Origin: Desulfosoma sp.
GTDB lineage: Bacteria; Desulfobacterota; Syntrophobacteria; Syntrophobacterales; DSM-9756
Direction of reading: 5' to 3'
Assembly: GCA_037481835.1 (NCBI GenBank)
Contig: JBBFKW010000005.1
Coordinates: 96,001-160,000, forward strand
DNA length: 64,000 nt
Numbering within the stretch: the stretch's first letter is position 1; the number at the start of each line of letters is the position of its first letter. A program made the translations under genes and the position numbers. The notes under the pieces were generated by a model. That model was not told the origin of the DNA and made no database searches. It saw only the letters and a program-made list of their open reading frames with translations. Shown in pieces: positions 1-9,904 of this stretch.

Positions 1-496
1 CGGCAATTTGGACGAATACCGTGTCGACGATCTTCTCCAATCGGGTGCCCATATCGATCTCTTCGGCATCGGCACCCGGCTTGGGGTTTCCGCCGACGCC
101 CCGTACTTGGACATGGCTTACAAGCTGGTGGAATACGACGGGCGGCCCGTGCTCAAGCTGAGCCCGGGGAAGATCACGTGGGTGGGGGAAAAGCAGGTGT
201 TCCGCTCCTATGGCCCGTCGGGATTCATGGAACACGACGTTCTGGGCCTCAAGCAAGAAAACCACCCCGGCGCCGAACCCCTCCTGGTTCCCGTGGTGGT
301 GCACGGGCGGCGAACCGCCCCCGAAGAATCCCTCGGGGACATCCGAGCCCGCTTTCAGGCCGACTGGGACCGTTTGCCCGACGACTACAAGGCCCTGCGA
401 CCGGAAAAAACCTATCCGGTCCGCCCCAGTGAGCCTCTTCGCGCACTCCAGGAGCGGGTCAGTCGCGCTCGAGTGGATCAGGAAGTCCGGTCATGA
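1..496 (+). CDS. pncB: Nicotinate phosphoribosyltransferase, C-terminal part (5' truncated by window edge)
   Basis: Motifs FGIGTRL, YLDMAYKLVEYDGRPVLKLSPGKITWVGEKQVFR typical of NAPRTase C-terminus. Confidence 0.85.
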   Translation, partial: GNLDEYRVDDLLQSGAHIDLFGIGTRLGVSADAPYLDMAYKLVEYDGRPVLKLSPGKITWVGEKQVFRSYGPSGFMEHDVLGLKQENHPGAEPLLVPVVVHGRRTAPEESLGDIRARFQADWDRLPDDYKALRPEKTYPVRPSEPLRALQERVSRARVDQEVRS

Positions 497-1234
497 CTCC
501 CGGCGAATCCATCGGATGAGGCGTCTGCGCGCCAGCAGGCCGGGCAGTTCATATGCGGCATCCTCCAGGCGGTCGAGGACCGCACCCCCTGCCAAGGCGA
601 CGTGGCCCTGAGCCGGGACGGGAGACGACGGCCCGGCCCAGTAGGCGATGAGGCCGCCCGGAGCCAGGATCGAACCCATCCTCCGGATCATGGCCTCATC
701 CATCCTTACGGCCCTCATGGTGATCACATCAAAGCTTGGTGCCCCTTCATGCCCTCGAGGCCCCTCCGTGGATCGGCAAAGCCTGGGGATCCACGGCGCT
801 TCTTCAAAACGGCCGTGCAGGACAGAGACGTTTTTCAAAGCGAGGTCCGCCGCGGCGACTTTGAGGAAACTGGCCTTCTTCCGGTCCGATTCCAACAGAA
901 AAACCTCCAACCGGGGCCGGACGACCGCCAAAGGAAGGCCGGGAAAGCCCGCTCCACTGCCCACATCCAAGGACTGGCCGCTTTCGGGAAGCCATGAAGC
1001 CGGAACAAGGCTGTCCAGCACATGCTGGATTAACGCCTCTCGTCCCGTGATCCGGGTGAGGTTTACGCGGCGGTTCCACAATTCCACCAGAGCCAAATGC
1101 CGGCAGCATAGAGCCGCCTCCCGGTCGGAGAGCGTCATGCCGCCGTCGGCACACAAGGCCCGAAGCGTTTCCCGGCACTCGTTTTCATCCACGAAGAAGC
1201 CCCAAAATCTTCCGCGCCCTATTTTCCGATGCAA
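491..1234 (-). CDS. rsmG: 16S rRNA m7G527 methyltransferase RsmG (GidB)
   Basis: WNRRVNLT, HVLDSL, LDVGSGAGFPG motifs; directly after mnmE; alternative GTG start at 1192. Confidence 0.92.
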   Translation of the reverse strand: MHRKIGRGRFWGFFVDENECRETLRALCADGGMTLSDREAALCCRHLALVELWNRRVNLTRITGREALIQHVLDSLVPASWLPESGQSLDVGSGAGFPGLPLAVVRPRLEVFLLESDRKKASFLKVAAADLALKNVSVLHGRFEEAPWIPRLCRSTEGPRGHEGAPSFDVITMRAVRMDEAMIRRMGSILAPGGLIAYWAGPSSPVPAQGHVALAGGAVLDRLEDAAYELPGLLARRRLIRWIRRES

Positions 1235-2625
1235 AACCGAGAAAAAATACGGTCCAAAACCGCTTCGTCCACGTCAAGGCCGAGGATTTCCTCCATGGCA
1301 CGCCGAGCGGTTCGGATTTCTTCCGAGACCAGTTCGGGAAGGCCTTGAGTGCGCGCCACTTCCAGGGCCGCCCCGAGGGCTTCGGCGGCGCGTTCCAGGC
1401 ATTCCTTTTGGCGCACATTGACGGCAAAAGTCGATTCGGCTCCCAGAACCATCTCCCGCAGGAACCGGTCTTCCAGAAAGGCTTTAAGGTGCTGAATATC
1501 CTTCGGATCATGAGCGCAGAGAGGGAAAATGGGATCGCCCAGAGCATACCGGGCCGAAATGGCTTCGCGGGTGGTCACCGCAGGACAATCCCTCTTGTTC
1601 AAAACGACCATGCGCCGCTTCGGCCGGGTTTTTTGCTCAATCCGGTCGTCGTCGCCGTCCAAGGGGCGGCTTTGGTCCACCACCCAGAGCACAAGGTCGG
1701 CTTCGTCCACGGAACGCAGGGTCCGTTCGATGCCCAGGGACTCGATGACATCAGGCTCTTCCCGGATGCCTGCCGTATCCAAAACCCGCACCCACAGGCC
1801 TCCCACAAGAAAGCCGTCCTCGATCACGTCCCGCGTGGTTCCGGCGATGGGCGTGACGATGGCACGGTCCTGGCCGACCAAAGCGTTCAGCAAGGACGAC
1901 TTCCCCACGTTGGGCTTTCCCACGAGGACCATGGACAGACCCTCGCGAAGCACGCGGGATTCCTCGTAATGGTCCAGGATCTGTCGAACGGCGGGCAGAA
2001 CGTGGCCCTCCACGCGCGTGGCCAGGTCTTCCATGGAGAACAGGTCCGGCTCGGCGTCCATCTCTTCCGGGAAATCCATGAGGGCCTCCAGCCGGGCCTC
2101 CATATCCAGAAGGTCCTCCCTCCACTGGGAGACGGCCTCCCCCAGGCCTTTCCGCAAATGACGCCCGGCCGCCTCCAGAGCCTTTTCCGACCGGGCGTGG
2201 ATCACATCGGCGACGGCTTCCGCCTGGGAAAGATCCAGCCGCCCATTGAGAAAGGCGCGCAGAGTGAACTCCCCGGGCCGCGCCATGCGAGCCCCTTGGG
2301 CCAAAACCAGGGAAAGGATGCGGTTGAGCACGGCGTAGCCGCTGTGGCAGTTGATTTCCACCACGTCTTCCCCCGTATAGGATCGGGGCCCGGCCATGTA
2401 GCTGGCCAGAACCTCATCCACGGCCGTTCCCGCGGCGGGATCCACGATCCACCCATACGTCAGTTTGTGGGAAGGGGGAGGAAAGGGGGACGATCGGGAC
2501 GGTGCGAAAATCTTTTGGAGGATGGTGAGGGCATCGGGGCCACTGATTTTGATGATCCCGATGCCCCCGATGCCGATGGGAGTCGCGATAGCGCAGATTG
2601 TCTCGGATCGGCAGGCAATGTCCAT
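1219..2625 (-). CDS. mnmE: tRNA modification GTPase MnmE
   Basis: TICAIATP, GKPNVGKSS, GTTRD, DTAG, NKRD, C-terminal FCIGK. Confidence 0.97.
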   Translation of the reverse strand: MDIACRSETICAIATPIGIGGIGIIKISGPDALTILQKIFAPSRSSPFPPPSHKLTYGWIVDPAAGTAVDEVLASYMAGPRSYTGEDVVEINCHSGYAVLNRILSLVLAQGARMARPGEFTLRAFLNGRLDLSQAEAVADVIHARSEKALEAAGRHLRKGLGEAVSQWREDLLDMEARLEALMDFPEEMDAEPDLFSMEDLATRVEGHVLPAVRQILDHYEESRVLREGLSMVLVGKPNVGKSSLLNALVGQDRAIVTPIAGTTRDVIEDGFLVGGLWVRVLDTAGIREEPDVIESLGIERTLRSVDEADLVLWVVDQSRPLDGDDDRIEQKTRPKRRMVVLNKRDCPAVTTREAISARYALGDPIFPLCAHDPKDIQHLKAFLEDRFLREMVLGAESTFAVNVRQKECLERAAEALGAALEVARTQGLPELVSEEIRTARRAMEEILGLDVDEAVLDRIFSRFCIGK

Positions 2626-2647
2626 CGTGCGCGGATGCAGCCTCCGC

Positions 2648-3331
2648 TCACTGTGCGTTGGATTTCGCTTCGGTCATGGAGTCTGGAATGTTTTTCGTTT
2701 TCTTGGCCGGATAGATGACCACCCGGCGCAGGTTGCCTTCGCCTTTGCTCTTGGTACGAACGCCCTGGTCTTCCTTCAGGGCCATGTGGATGATGCGCCG
2801 GTCTTGGGCGTTCATGGGACCCGTCGTCACCGGACGTCTGGATTTCTTGACCCGCTCGCTGAGCTGCAGAGCCATTTCCGTGAGGTTGCTTTCCCGTTTG
2901 GAGCGGTAGTTTTCCGTATCCACGATGACGGGCACATTGTCGCCCACCTCTCGGCTGACGATCTTGCTCACCACATACTGCAAAGCGTTCAAGGTTTTGC
3001 CCCGCTTGCCGATGAGCAATCCGGACCCGTTGCTCACGATGTTCAGATAGACGCTCTCTTCCCGCACTTCGCTTTCCACGACCGTGGGGACGTCCACATA
3101 TTTGAGAATTTCCGTGAGCACTTCCTTGGCCCGGTCACACGCCTTGCCGAGAGGCGTCTCCTTGGGGGTGGCGCGAATGCGCGCCTTGCGGGCCCCGACA
3201 ATGCCGAAAATGCCTGAAGAGCCTTTGGACAAGACTTCGATGTCCAACTTTTCTTGAGGCAGCTGGAACGCCTCGCAGGCCGATCGAATGGCGTCGTCGA
3301 GGGTTTTCCCTTCAAATTCCTGCGTTGGCAT
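2648..3331 (-). CDS. jag: Jag/KhpB (EloR) RNA-binding protein, KH + R3H
   Basis: LLIGKRGKTLNALQ (KH), RRIIH (R3H); ATG at 3331 with GGAGGAG RBS; position after yidC. Confidence 0.93.
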   Translation of the reverse strand: MPTQEFEGKTLDDAIRSACEAFQLPQEKLDIEVLSKGSSGIFGIVGARKARIRATPKETPLGKACDRAKEVLTEILKYVDVPTVVESEVREESVYLNIVSNGSGLLIGKRGKTLNALQYVVSKIVSREVGDNVPVIVDTENYRSKRESNLTEMALQLSERVKKSRRPVTTGPMNAQDRRIIHMALKEDQGVRTKSKGEGNLRRVVIYPAKKTKNIPDSMTEAKSNAQ

Positions 3332-3396
3332 ACTCTCCTCCGTTTGTCGTCCGAAGCGCACGCGCGATCGCCAATCTAGAGTGGAGAGGCGCCTGG

Positions 3397-5076
3397 TTAA
3401 GCGTAACGGTTGATCCAGTACTGCTGCACGATGGACAAGACATTGTTCACAAACCAATATAGCACGAGACCGGACGGAAAGTTGACAAAGAATACGGTGA
3501 AAATGACGGGCATCATGAGCATCATCTTTTCCTGTCTCGGATCTCCCGCCGAGGGCGTCATCTTCTGCTGAATGAACATACTTGCCCCCATGAGCAAGGT
3601 CAGAACCGGCACACCCCCCAGATAGGGGACGTCAAACCCGATGAACAACCGATCCGGAGCGGTCAGATCGTTGATCCACAGCCAGAACGGCTGGTGACGC
3701 AGCTCGATGGCGCCGTAGAGCATGCGGTAGAGGGCGAAGAACACGGGAATCTGAAGCACCATGGGCAGGCACCCTCCCAGGGGGTTCACCTTGTAGGTGC
3801 GGTAGAGCATCATGAGCTCTTGGTTGAGCTTTTCCCGGTCGTCTTTGTACTTTTCCCGGATCTGGGCCATCTTGGGCTGGATCTTCTTCATGACCTGCAT
3901 GGACTTGTAGCTCTTGTGCGTCAAAGGCCAGAAGAGGATTTTGATGATCACCGTCAGGATAATGATGGCCACCCCGTAATTGTGGGCATAGTTATAGAGC
4001 CATCGAAGGAAGATCAAGAGGGGTTTGGCCAGGAAGCTGAACCAGCCGAAATCCAAGGCGCGTTCCAGGCGGCTGTCAGCCCTTTTGAGGGCCTCCAGTT
4101 CCTTGGGACCCCAGTAGTAGGTGTTGGAAACCGTCACGGCGGCGCCCGGTGCCACCGTAAAGGGATCCGTCAGATAGACAAGCTGTACCAAACCCGAATC
4201 GGGGTCGAGCAGCCGAGGGGCCACCTGGAAATGGTCCTGCACGCCCGGCAGGACCGCCTGAATGAAGTAGTTGTTTTCATAGCCGATCCAATGCATGGGC
4301 GGTTTGAGAACGGGCGTTTCCTTCTTTAGGCTCTTTTGGTCGAATTTATCCAAAGAGCCGTTTTTGAACACGGTTACATGCGACATGTTGTAAGAGGATT
4401 CCACGCCGTCAAAGGGCATGGCATAGGAGCTGATTCCCAGCTGGTCGGTCAAAGGAGCCTCGGAAAGATTCTCCACGACGACCTCCACCCCTACGGCGTA
4501 GGTTTCGGGAGAAAAGCGCAGGAGCTTTCGCACGCGGACCGTTCCGGGGATTTCCGCAGAAAGAGTCACCGTCTTTTCCCCGTCGCCCGCATTGAGTCGC
4601 ATCTCCGCCGGCCCGTCACCGTCGTAGGGCATGGTGGCCAAGGGCCAGTCCTTGTGCTGAAGCAAATCCACGGCCAGCGGCAAATACCCCGCCCCCTTTG
4701 ACGGGATGAGGTCCATGAGGGGCGAGGCGGGGTCCACTTTTTGGCGGTGTTTTTTCAGCGTGAAACTTTCAATCCGGCCGCCTGCGGACGAAATCTTCGC
4801 CGTGTAAAGGGGGGTATCCACGACCCATGTCTTGGCCGTGGCCGCACCCGGCACGGCATGCTGCTGGGGCACGCTTTTCAGATCCACCGTCGTCTGGGTT
4901 TCCGAGGGGGTGAATGGAGCGGAGGGGGCCGGAGACGTTTGGGGTTGGGCCTGGGTCGCCGTTTGGGGCGCCGAAGGCTGCTTGGCTTTCCGAGAAGTAT
5001 CGGGGGAGAGGAAAATCTCCCAGAGAAACAAGACGGCCAAAGAGAGGGCAAACGCCAGCAAGGCTCGTTTTTCCAT
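3397..5076 (-). CDS. yidC: Membrane protein insertase YidC
   Basis: DFGWF, NYGVAIIILT, NPLGGCLP, WINDLTAPD, PSGLVLYW motifs; start MEKR at 5076. Confidence 0.96.
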   Translation of the reverse strand: MEKRALLAFALSLAVLFLWEIFLSPDTSRKAKQPSAPQTATQAQPQTSPAPSAPFTPSETQTTVDLKSVPQQHAVPGAATAKTWVVDTPLYTAKISSAGGRIESFTLKKHRQKVDPASPLMDLIPSKGAGYLPLAVDLLQHKDWPLATMPYDGDGPAEMRLNAGDGEKTVTLSAEIPGTVRVRKLLRFSPETYAVGVEVVVENLSEAPLTDQLGISSYAMPFDGVESSYNMSHVTVFKNGSLDKFDQKSLKKETPVLKPPMHWIGYENNYFIQAVLPGVQDHFQVAPRLLDPDSGLVQLVYLTDPFTVAPGAAVTVSNTYYWGPKELEALKRADSRLERALDFGWFSFLAKPLLIFLRWLYNYAHNYGVAIIILTVIIKILFWPLTHKSYKSMQVMKKIQPKMAQIREKYKDDREKLNQELMMLYRTYKVNPLGGCLPMVLQIPVFFALYRMLYGAIELRHQPFWLWINDLTAPDRLFIGFDVPYLGGVPVLTLLMGASMFIQQKMTPSAGDPRQEKMMLMMPVIFTVFFVNFPSGLVLYWFVNNVLSIVQQYWINRYA

Positions 5077-5081
5077 GAAGG

Positions 5082-5318
5082 TCACTCCGTTGACTTCCAA
5101 AATTTTTGCGGCACGGGATCGAACCCGCCGGGATGAAAAGGATGACACCTGAGAAGCCTCCAGGCCCCCAAGAGCACGCCGGCCATCGGGCCATGCTTTT
5201 CGATGGCTTCATAGGTGTATGCGGAACAGGACGGATAGAATCGACAGTGGGCTCCAAGAAGGGGAGAAAGACACTCTTGATAAATTTTCACAGCATACAA
5301 AAGCAGCCGTTTCATCAT
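5082..5318 (-). CDS. yidD: Membrane protein insertion efficiency factor YidD
   Basis: CRFYPSCSAY...RLLRCHPFHPGGFDPVP. Confidence 0.93.
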   Translation of the reverse strand: MMKRLLLYAVKIYQECLSPLLGAHCRFYPSCSAYTYEAIEKHGPMAGVLLGAWRLLRCHPFHPGGFDPVPQKFWKSTE

Positions 5319-5710
5319 GCCATTCGCAGACCGCCTTTCCTGAAACATTCCCGGAAAAGGTCGGCCAAGTGCGGTGTGGAGAAATGCTCCGCGCCGGGCC
5401 GGGCGATGACCACGATATCCAAGCCCGGCAAAGGGACAGTGTGCTTATGGAGCCGAAACCATTCGCGCAGGCGCCTCTTGATGCGGTTGCGCTGCACGGC
5501 CTTCCAGAACCGCTTTTCCACCACGAGACCCAGGCGGTGATGGCTGAGGCCGTTGGCGGCGATATTGACGAGGAACGCACCGCAGGGAAGGCGTCGGCCT
5601 TCCCTTTTCACTCGCAAGTACTCCGAACGCTTTCTCAGCCTTTCTTCCGGTCGAAAGGACCGCGGGCCGAACCCCGCCGCCGGTGCGACCGGTCTGTGTC
5701 CTTCGGGCAT
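5315..5710 (-). CDS. rnpA: Ribonuclease P protein component
   Basis: ERLRKRSEY, RLGLVV, KAVQRNRIKRRLRE (RNR motif); ATG at 5710 overlaps rpmH stop. Confidence 0.92.
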   Translation of the reverse strand: MPEGHRPVAPAAGFGPRSFRPEERLRKRSEYLRVKREGRRLPCGAFLVNIAANGLSHHRLGLVVEKRFWKAVQRNRIKRRLREWFRLHKHTVPLPGLDIVVIARPGAEHFSTPHLADLFRECFRKGGLRMA

Positions 5711-5844
5711 CACACAGAAAGGCGCTTTCGACCCTTGGCCCGCCGGCGATTGATGACGGCGCGACCCGACTTGGTGGCCATGCGGACCAAAAACCCGTGC
5801 GTGCGTTTTCTTCTCAAGTTGTGCGGCTGGAATGTGCGTTTCAT
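5710..5844 (-). CDS. rpmH: 50S ribosomal protein L34 (44 aa; below the ORF-track size cut-off)
   Basis: Manual translation [44 protein letters not shown]. Confidence 0.97.
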   Translation of the reverse strand: MKRTFQPHNLRRKRTHGFLVRMATKSGRAVINRRRAKGRKRLSV

Positions 5845-5954
5845 GAATCTTTCCTTCCCCTTTCATCGCAATGTTTGGCGCGCGGGAAGCGCTCTTCCCC
5901 GCGTTTTGTCCCTTCGGGCGCACGTAAGCCTTTCGCTCTGGAAGCGAATTGTTG

Positions 5955-5984
5955 CTTATAGTCAAGGCCCCGATTCCTTGTCAA
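5955..5984 (-). promoter_or_regulatory. Putative sigma70 promoter of rpmH operon
   Basis: TTGACA-N18-TATAAG on minus strand, ~110 nt upstream of rpmH. Confidence 0.6.
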
Positions 5985-6285
5985 GCCTCGCGCTTGGTTC
6001 AGCCCATGGGCGGGACGGATTGTTCGTCCAAATGGGGGGAAGGATCCCTCCTGCGGGACACCTGCAACGGCAAAGGCTTTGCCGCCGCTGCCGAATCTTT
6101 GAGCCTCTATCGGGAAAGGAACCTTGCGACCATGGATCGCCATCCCAAGGCGAATGGATGAAGATCCCGAAGAGGCGGCTCGAGACATGGCCCCCGAGAG
6201 TTCCTGCGGGAAGACGGGCCGCGCGGAAAGGAGAGTCACGGCGGGCGATTCCGGCAGGGGCGATCCGCCGATCCGGCGACAGGGT

Positions 6286-7116
6286 TCATGAGCTTCTGGA
6301 CGCAAAGAGGGGGAGTCCCAGGTCGGCGGCCAGGCGTCGGCGCACTGCAGGGTCGTCCAAGGCGGCCACCCGGCCATGGTAGTCTTCGGCCAAAGGCGTG
6401 GCCAGCCACCAGATGAGGGCCGCCGGTTCGTCAACGGGCCGAAGAAGGCCCTGGGCGTGGTAAGCGCGAAAATCCTCCACGCGCGGGAACCGCTCTGCCG
6501 GCGTTTCCCGGATCTTTTGCTGCATGGCCGTGTCCACAACCCCTGGATAGAGGACGTGGACCCGGATGCCGGGGGCGGCGCCACGGAGTTCCTCGGCAAG
6601 GGTTTGGGCGAAAAGATCCAGCCCGGCCTTGGCGGCGCAATAGGCGCTCCAGCCCGCCACGGGATGCGTGGCCGCCCCGCTTGAGGTGAAAATGAACACC
6701 CCCCGGCCGGCTTCCACCATGGCGGGCCCGAAGGCCCGAACGAAATGGAAGGCGCCGGTGAGATTGACGGCGAGATTGTAAGCCCAGTCATCGGGATCCA
6801 GGGTCCAGGTCCGCCCGACGGGTTCGATGACGCCCGCGTTGGCGACCACGACATGCGGCGTGCCGAAGGCATGGCACACGGATTGGGCCATACGCCGCAC
6901 ATCCTCCCATCGGGAAACATCCCCTGCGAAAGGTTCCGCCAAGCCCCCTTGGGCGCGAATCCTCTCCGCGGTTTCACGCACAGCCTTTTCGCTCCTCGCC
7001 GCCAAGGCCACGCGGGCTCCCGCACGAGCGAGCTGCTCGGCCGCCGCCCGTCCAATCCCCCGACCCGCCCCCGAGATGACGGCCAGCTGTCCGTCCAGGC
7101 GCCCTTTCTCTGTCAT
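6286..7116 (-). CDS. Short-chain dehydrogenase/reductase (SDR)
   Basis: [17 protein letters not shown] catalytic motif, PGVVDT. Confidence 0.92.
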   Translation of the reverse strand: MTEKGRLDGQLAVISGAGRGIGRAAAEQLARAGARVALAARSEKAVRETAERIRAQGGLAEPFAGDVSRWEDVRRMAQSVCHAFGTPHVVVANAGVIEPVGRTWTLDPDDWAYNLAVNLTGAFHFVRAFGPAMVEAGRGVFIFTSSGAATHPVAGWSAYCAAKAGLDLFAQTLAEELRGAAPGIRVHVLYPGVVDTAMQQKIRETPAERFPRVEDFRAYHAQGLLRPVDEPAALIWWLATPLAEDYHGRVAALDDPAVRRRLAADLGLPLFASRSS

Positions 7117-7173
7117 CGCCTCCTGCCGCACGGATCACCTCCCCGGGCGCCACACGCCCGCGTCGCCACTCAG

Positions 7174-7189
7174 TGTTCCACGTGGAACA
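7174..7189. promoter_or_regulatory. parS centromere-like site (ParB binding)
   Basis: Perfect palindrome TGTTCCACGTGGAACA, intergenic, matching the bacterial parS consensus, next to the rpmH-yidC cluster. Confidence 0.88.
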
Positions 7190-7304
7190 CGGTCCGTCGC
7201 CTTCACCCAGCCCACCTTTTCTTCCTTGCCCTCGGCGTGATACTGTCCTTCCCACGCCACAACTCCAGCTTTCGTTTTCCTATCTTAGCCAGGAGGCTTT
7301 CCCC

Positions 7305-7724
7305 ATGAAAAGCCATCGAAAAGAACTCTGGATGCACATCCCCGCCCGACGGGGTTTCGTCAACATCACCTCGGAGGTGGAAGCCGCCGTCCGCGAAAGC
7401 GGCATCCAGGAAGGCTTGGTCTTGGTGAACGCCATGCACATCACGGCTTCCGTCTTCATCAACGACGACGAACCCGGCCTGCTCCAGGACTACGAAGAGT
7501 GGCTCGAACGGCTCGCCCCCCATGAGCCCGTAAGCCGCTATCGCCACAACCGCACGGGCGAAGACAACGGCGACGCCCACCTCAAACGCCAAATTATGGG
7601 CCGCGAGGTCGTCGTCGCCGTCACCGGCGCCCGCCTGGATCTCGGTCCCTGGGAACAGATCTTTTATGGGGAATTCGACGGGCGGCGCCGCAAAAGGGTT
7701 CTCATCAAGATCATCGGCGCGTGA
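7305..7724 (+). CDS. YjbQ/UPF0047 family protein
   Basis: [44 protein letters not shown]. Confidence 0.92.
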   Translation: MKSHRKELWMHIPARRGFVNITSEVEAAVRESGIQEGLVLVNAMHITASVFINDDEPGLLQDYEEWLERLAPHEPVSRYRHNRTGEDNGDAHLKRQIMGREVVVAVTGARLDLGPWEQIFYGEFDGRRRKRVLIKIIGA

Positions 7725-7783
7725 GCCGACCCTCCCTTAGCCCCGCCGGCACCCCCTCCATGGCGGGCATGCGCGGAACCCGT

Positions 7784-9055
7784 CTACCGGGGATAGGTTT
7801 CCTTCATGAAGGCCGTGCACGCCGTCGTCACGGCGGAGGCCGCCAGCAGCGCAAGGAGCATGGCGCTGTAGGCTTCCACGGGATAGCCCACACCGGGTTT
7901 TGCGCCGTAGGCATCCAGCAGCCGCCCCAAGAGGGGCATGGCTGCGGCACCCCCGAGAAAAGGAAAGAGGTTCAAAGCGCCCAAGCACGTTCCCGCAATG
8001 TCCGCCGGAAAGAGCTCCTTTGCGGCCGTGAAGGCCACCACCACAACCGAGGACGAGCTGATGGAAAAGAGGAAAAAAAACGCCGTGAGCAGCCCCACGG
8101 GGAGGCCCGATGGGAATCCGTAAAGGAACCCCAGTTCCACGGTCATCGTGACGGCGCACCCCACCAGGAGCTTTTTTCGGCTTTTGAGCACCCGGTCGGA
8201 AATGATGCCCATGAGCGGCCCGCCCACGATCATTCCCCAGGCGATGAGGCTCAAGACGGCTCCGGCCTTCTCGCGGCTCATGCCGTAGACGTGCATGAGG
8301 TAGGGACCGCTCCACAGGCCGCCGAAGCCGAAAAAGATTCCGTAATTTAAAAAACACCAGAGCGCAAAAACCCAAAACTGCCCCGATTGAAGCACGCGGC
8401 CGAGCCCCTGGAAAAGGGCCGACGCCCCGGGGTTGGATGCGGCGCCCGCGGCCGAGCGGTGCGGATTCTTCACCGGGAAGAGGCCCGTTTCTTCCGCGGG
8501 ACGATCCCGAACCACAAGCCACACCACAAGCGAAATGGCCGCGGTGAGCGCTCCGATCAACTGAAACGAGGTCCTCCAGCCCAAAACGCCCGCAAGCCAG
8601 GCAAGGAGCCAGGTGGCCGCCAAGATGCCCAGGCCCCCCACGGCGTTGAGCAGCCCCGAAACGGAGGCGAATTCGGTGGGGCGAAACCACTGGGCAAGAA
8701 TTTTCATCGTGGGGATAAAGACCATGGCCGCACCGATGCCCACCAGGAATCGGCCCGCGAACGCCCAGGAAAGCGACGGGGCCAGCCCGAAGAGCGCACT
8801 GCCCACCGCAGCGAGGATGGTGAAAAAGGCCACCGTCTTTCGAGGACCGAGGGAATCGGACAGGAGCCCGGCAGGGAATTGCATGAGGGCGTAACAATAA
8901 AAATAAACGGAGCCCAAGAGTCCCAAGGACCCCGCCGACGTCTGAAAAGCCCGGGACAGTTCTTCCGCCACCACTGTCAGGGAAAGCCGATGGAAATAAA
9001 CGAAGAGATACGCACAGGCCAAAGCACCGAAAATGAACCAGCGCTGATGCTTCAT
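7784..9055 (-). CDS. MFS transporter
   Basis: About 12 hydrophobic segments; GLLSDSLGPRK and GIISDR loop motifs. Confidence 0.9.
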   Translation of the reverse strand: MKHQRWFIFGALACAYLFVYFHRLSLTVVAEELSRAFQTSAGSLGLLGSVYFYCYALMQFPAGLLSDSLGPRKTVAFFTILAAVGSALFGLAPSLSWAFAGRFLVGIGAAMVFIPTMKILAQWFRPTEFASVSGLLNAVGGLGILAATWLLAWLAGVLGWRTSFQLIGALTAAISLVVWLVVRDRPAEETGLFPVKNPHRSAAGAASNPGASALFQGLGRVLQSGQFWVFALWCFLNYGIFFGFGGLWSGPYLMHVYGMSREKAGAVLSLIAWGMIVGGPLMGIISDRVLKSRKKLLVGCAVTMTVELGFLYGFPSGLPVGLLTAFFFLFSISSSSVVVVAFTAAKELFPADIAGTCLGALNLFPFLGGAAAMPLLGRLLDAYGAKPGVGYPVEAYSAMLLALLAASAVTTACTAFMKETYPR

Positions 9056-9087
9056 GACGTCACCTCAAGCCCCCCGGGGCAAAGCCT

Positions 9088-9888
9088 CTAGAGCCGTTCC
9101 AAGTGTTCCGGAGGATCGGCCCCCGGCGGTCGGACCTTCCGTCGGACTTCCTCTCGCAGCTTTTCCATCTCCACGCCCGTGAGCTCCCGCTGCGGCGCCT
9201 CCAGGACCAGCGGGGCCTCCATGTGCGCGTAGACGGTCGTCCCGGTGAGGATGCCTCGTGTCTTGGTGACGATGTGTTGGAGCATCCATCCCGAATCGCC
9301 GATGAGCACGGCGAAGCAAAACGACCCGTAGACCGTCTCCAAAATCCGAGCCCGCGCGACGGGCCCATCGGTCAGGATCGTCACGGTCCCTTCCTTGAGT
9401 TTCTCGTCCTCGGGATCCCGGGCGGCGACCACCGTCAGGCCGTCGATGCGGATTTCCCTTTTGACTAGAGGGCGTCGCACCCGCGAGGCCACATAATCCA
9501 AAACCACCCGGTGATTGGCTTCATCCACGGGTGAGAACCCGTGATAGTTCAAGTCGCCGTGGGAATGAATCCACCCGTTGACGACCCATCCCGGCTGGAG
9601 TTCTTCGTGAAAGGCCAAAAGATCCCGACTGTCCAGGCTTGTGTATTGCTGCAAATTGGCGGCATTCCGCGGAAGCCCGATATCCCTGATGACCTCGGGA
9701 CGGTCTTCTTCCCCTAAAGTGAGCCCGTACCATTCGTAGCTTTCCCCGTAAAGCTCGCGCACCAGGGAGGAAACGGCCAAGGCCTTGCTGCGCGCATAGC
9801 CCGTCATGGTCACCCGATCGGGAAATCGGCCCAAGGGAATTTCCAGCAGGGACGGCCTTTTCAAATCGTTAAGTCTTTTCAGCTTCAT
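9088..9888 (-). CDS. JAB/MPN+ (JAMM) metalloprotease-like protein
   Basis: EWYGLTLG ... GWIHSHGDLNYHGFSPVD fits E-xn-HxH-x8-S-x2-D; AAGGAG RBS. Confidence 0.75.
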   Translation of the reverse strand: MKLKRLNDLKRPSLLEIPLGRFPDRVTMTGYARSKALAVSSLVRELYGESYEWYGLTLGEEDRPEVIRDIGLPRNAANLQQYTSLDSRDLLAFHEELQPGWVVNGWIHSHGDLNYHGFSPVDEANHRVVLDYVASRVRRPLVKREIRIDGLTVVAARDPEDEKLKEGTVTILTDGPVARARILETVYGSFCFAVLIGDSGWMLQHIVTKTRGILTGTTVYAHMEAPLVLEAPQRELTGVEMEKLREEVRRKVRPPGADPPEHLERL

Positions 9889-9904
9889 GGCCGCGAGGGC
9901 TCCT

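Noticed and set aside
5985..6285. Intergenic hairpins upstream of rpmH as ncRNA or oriC
   Set aside because: Only short GC stems; no recognisable RNA family or DnaA boxes
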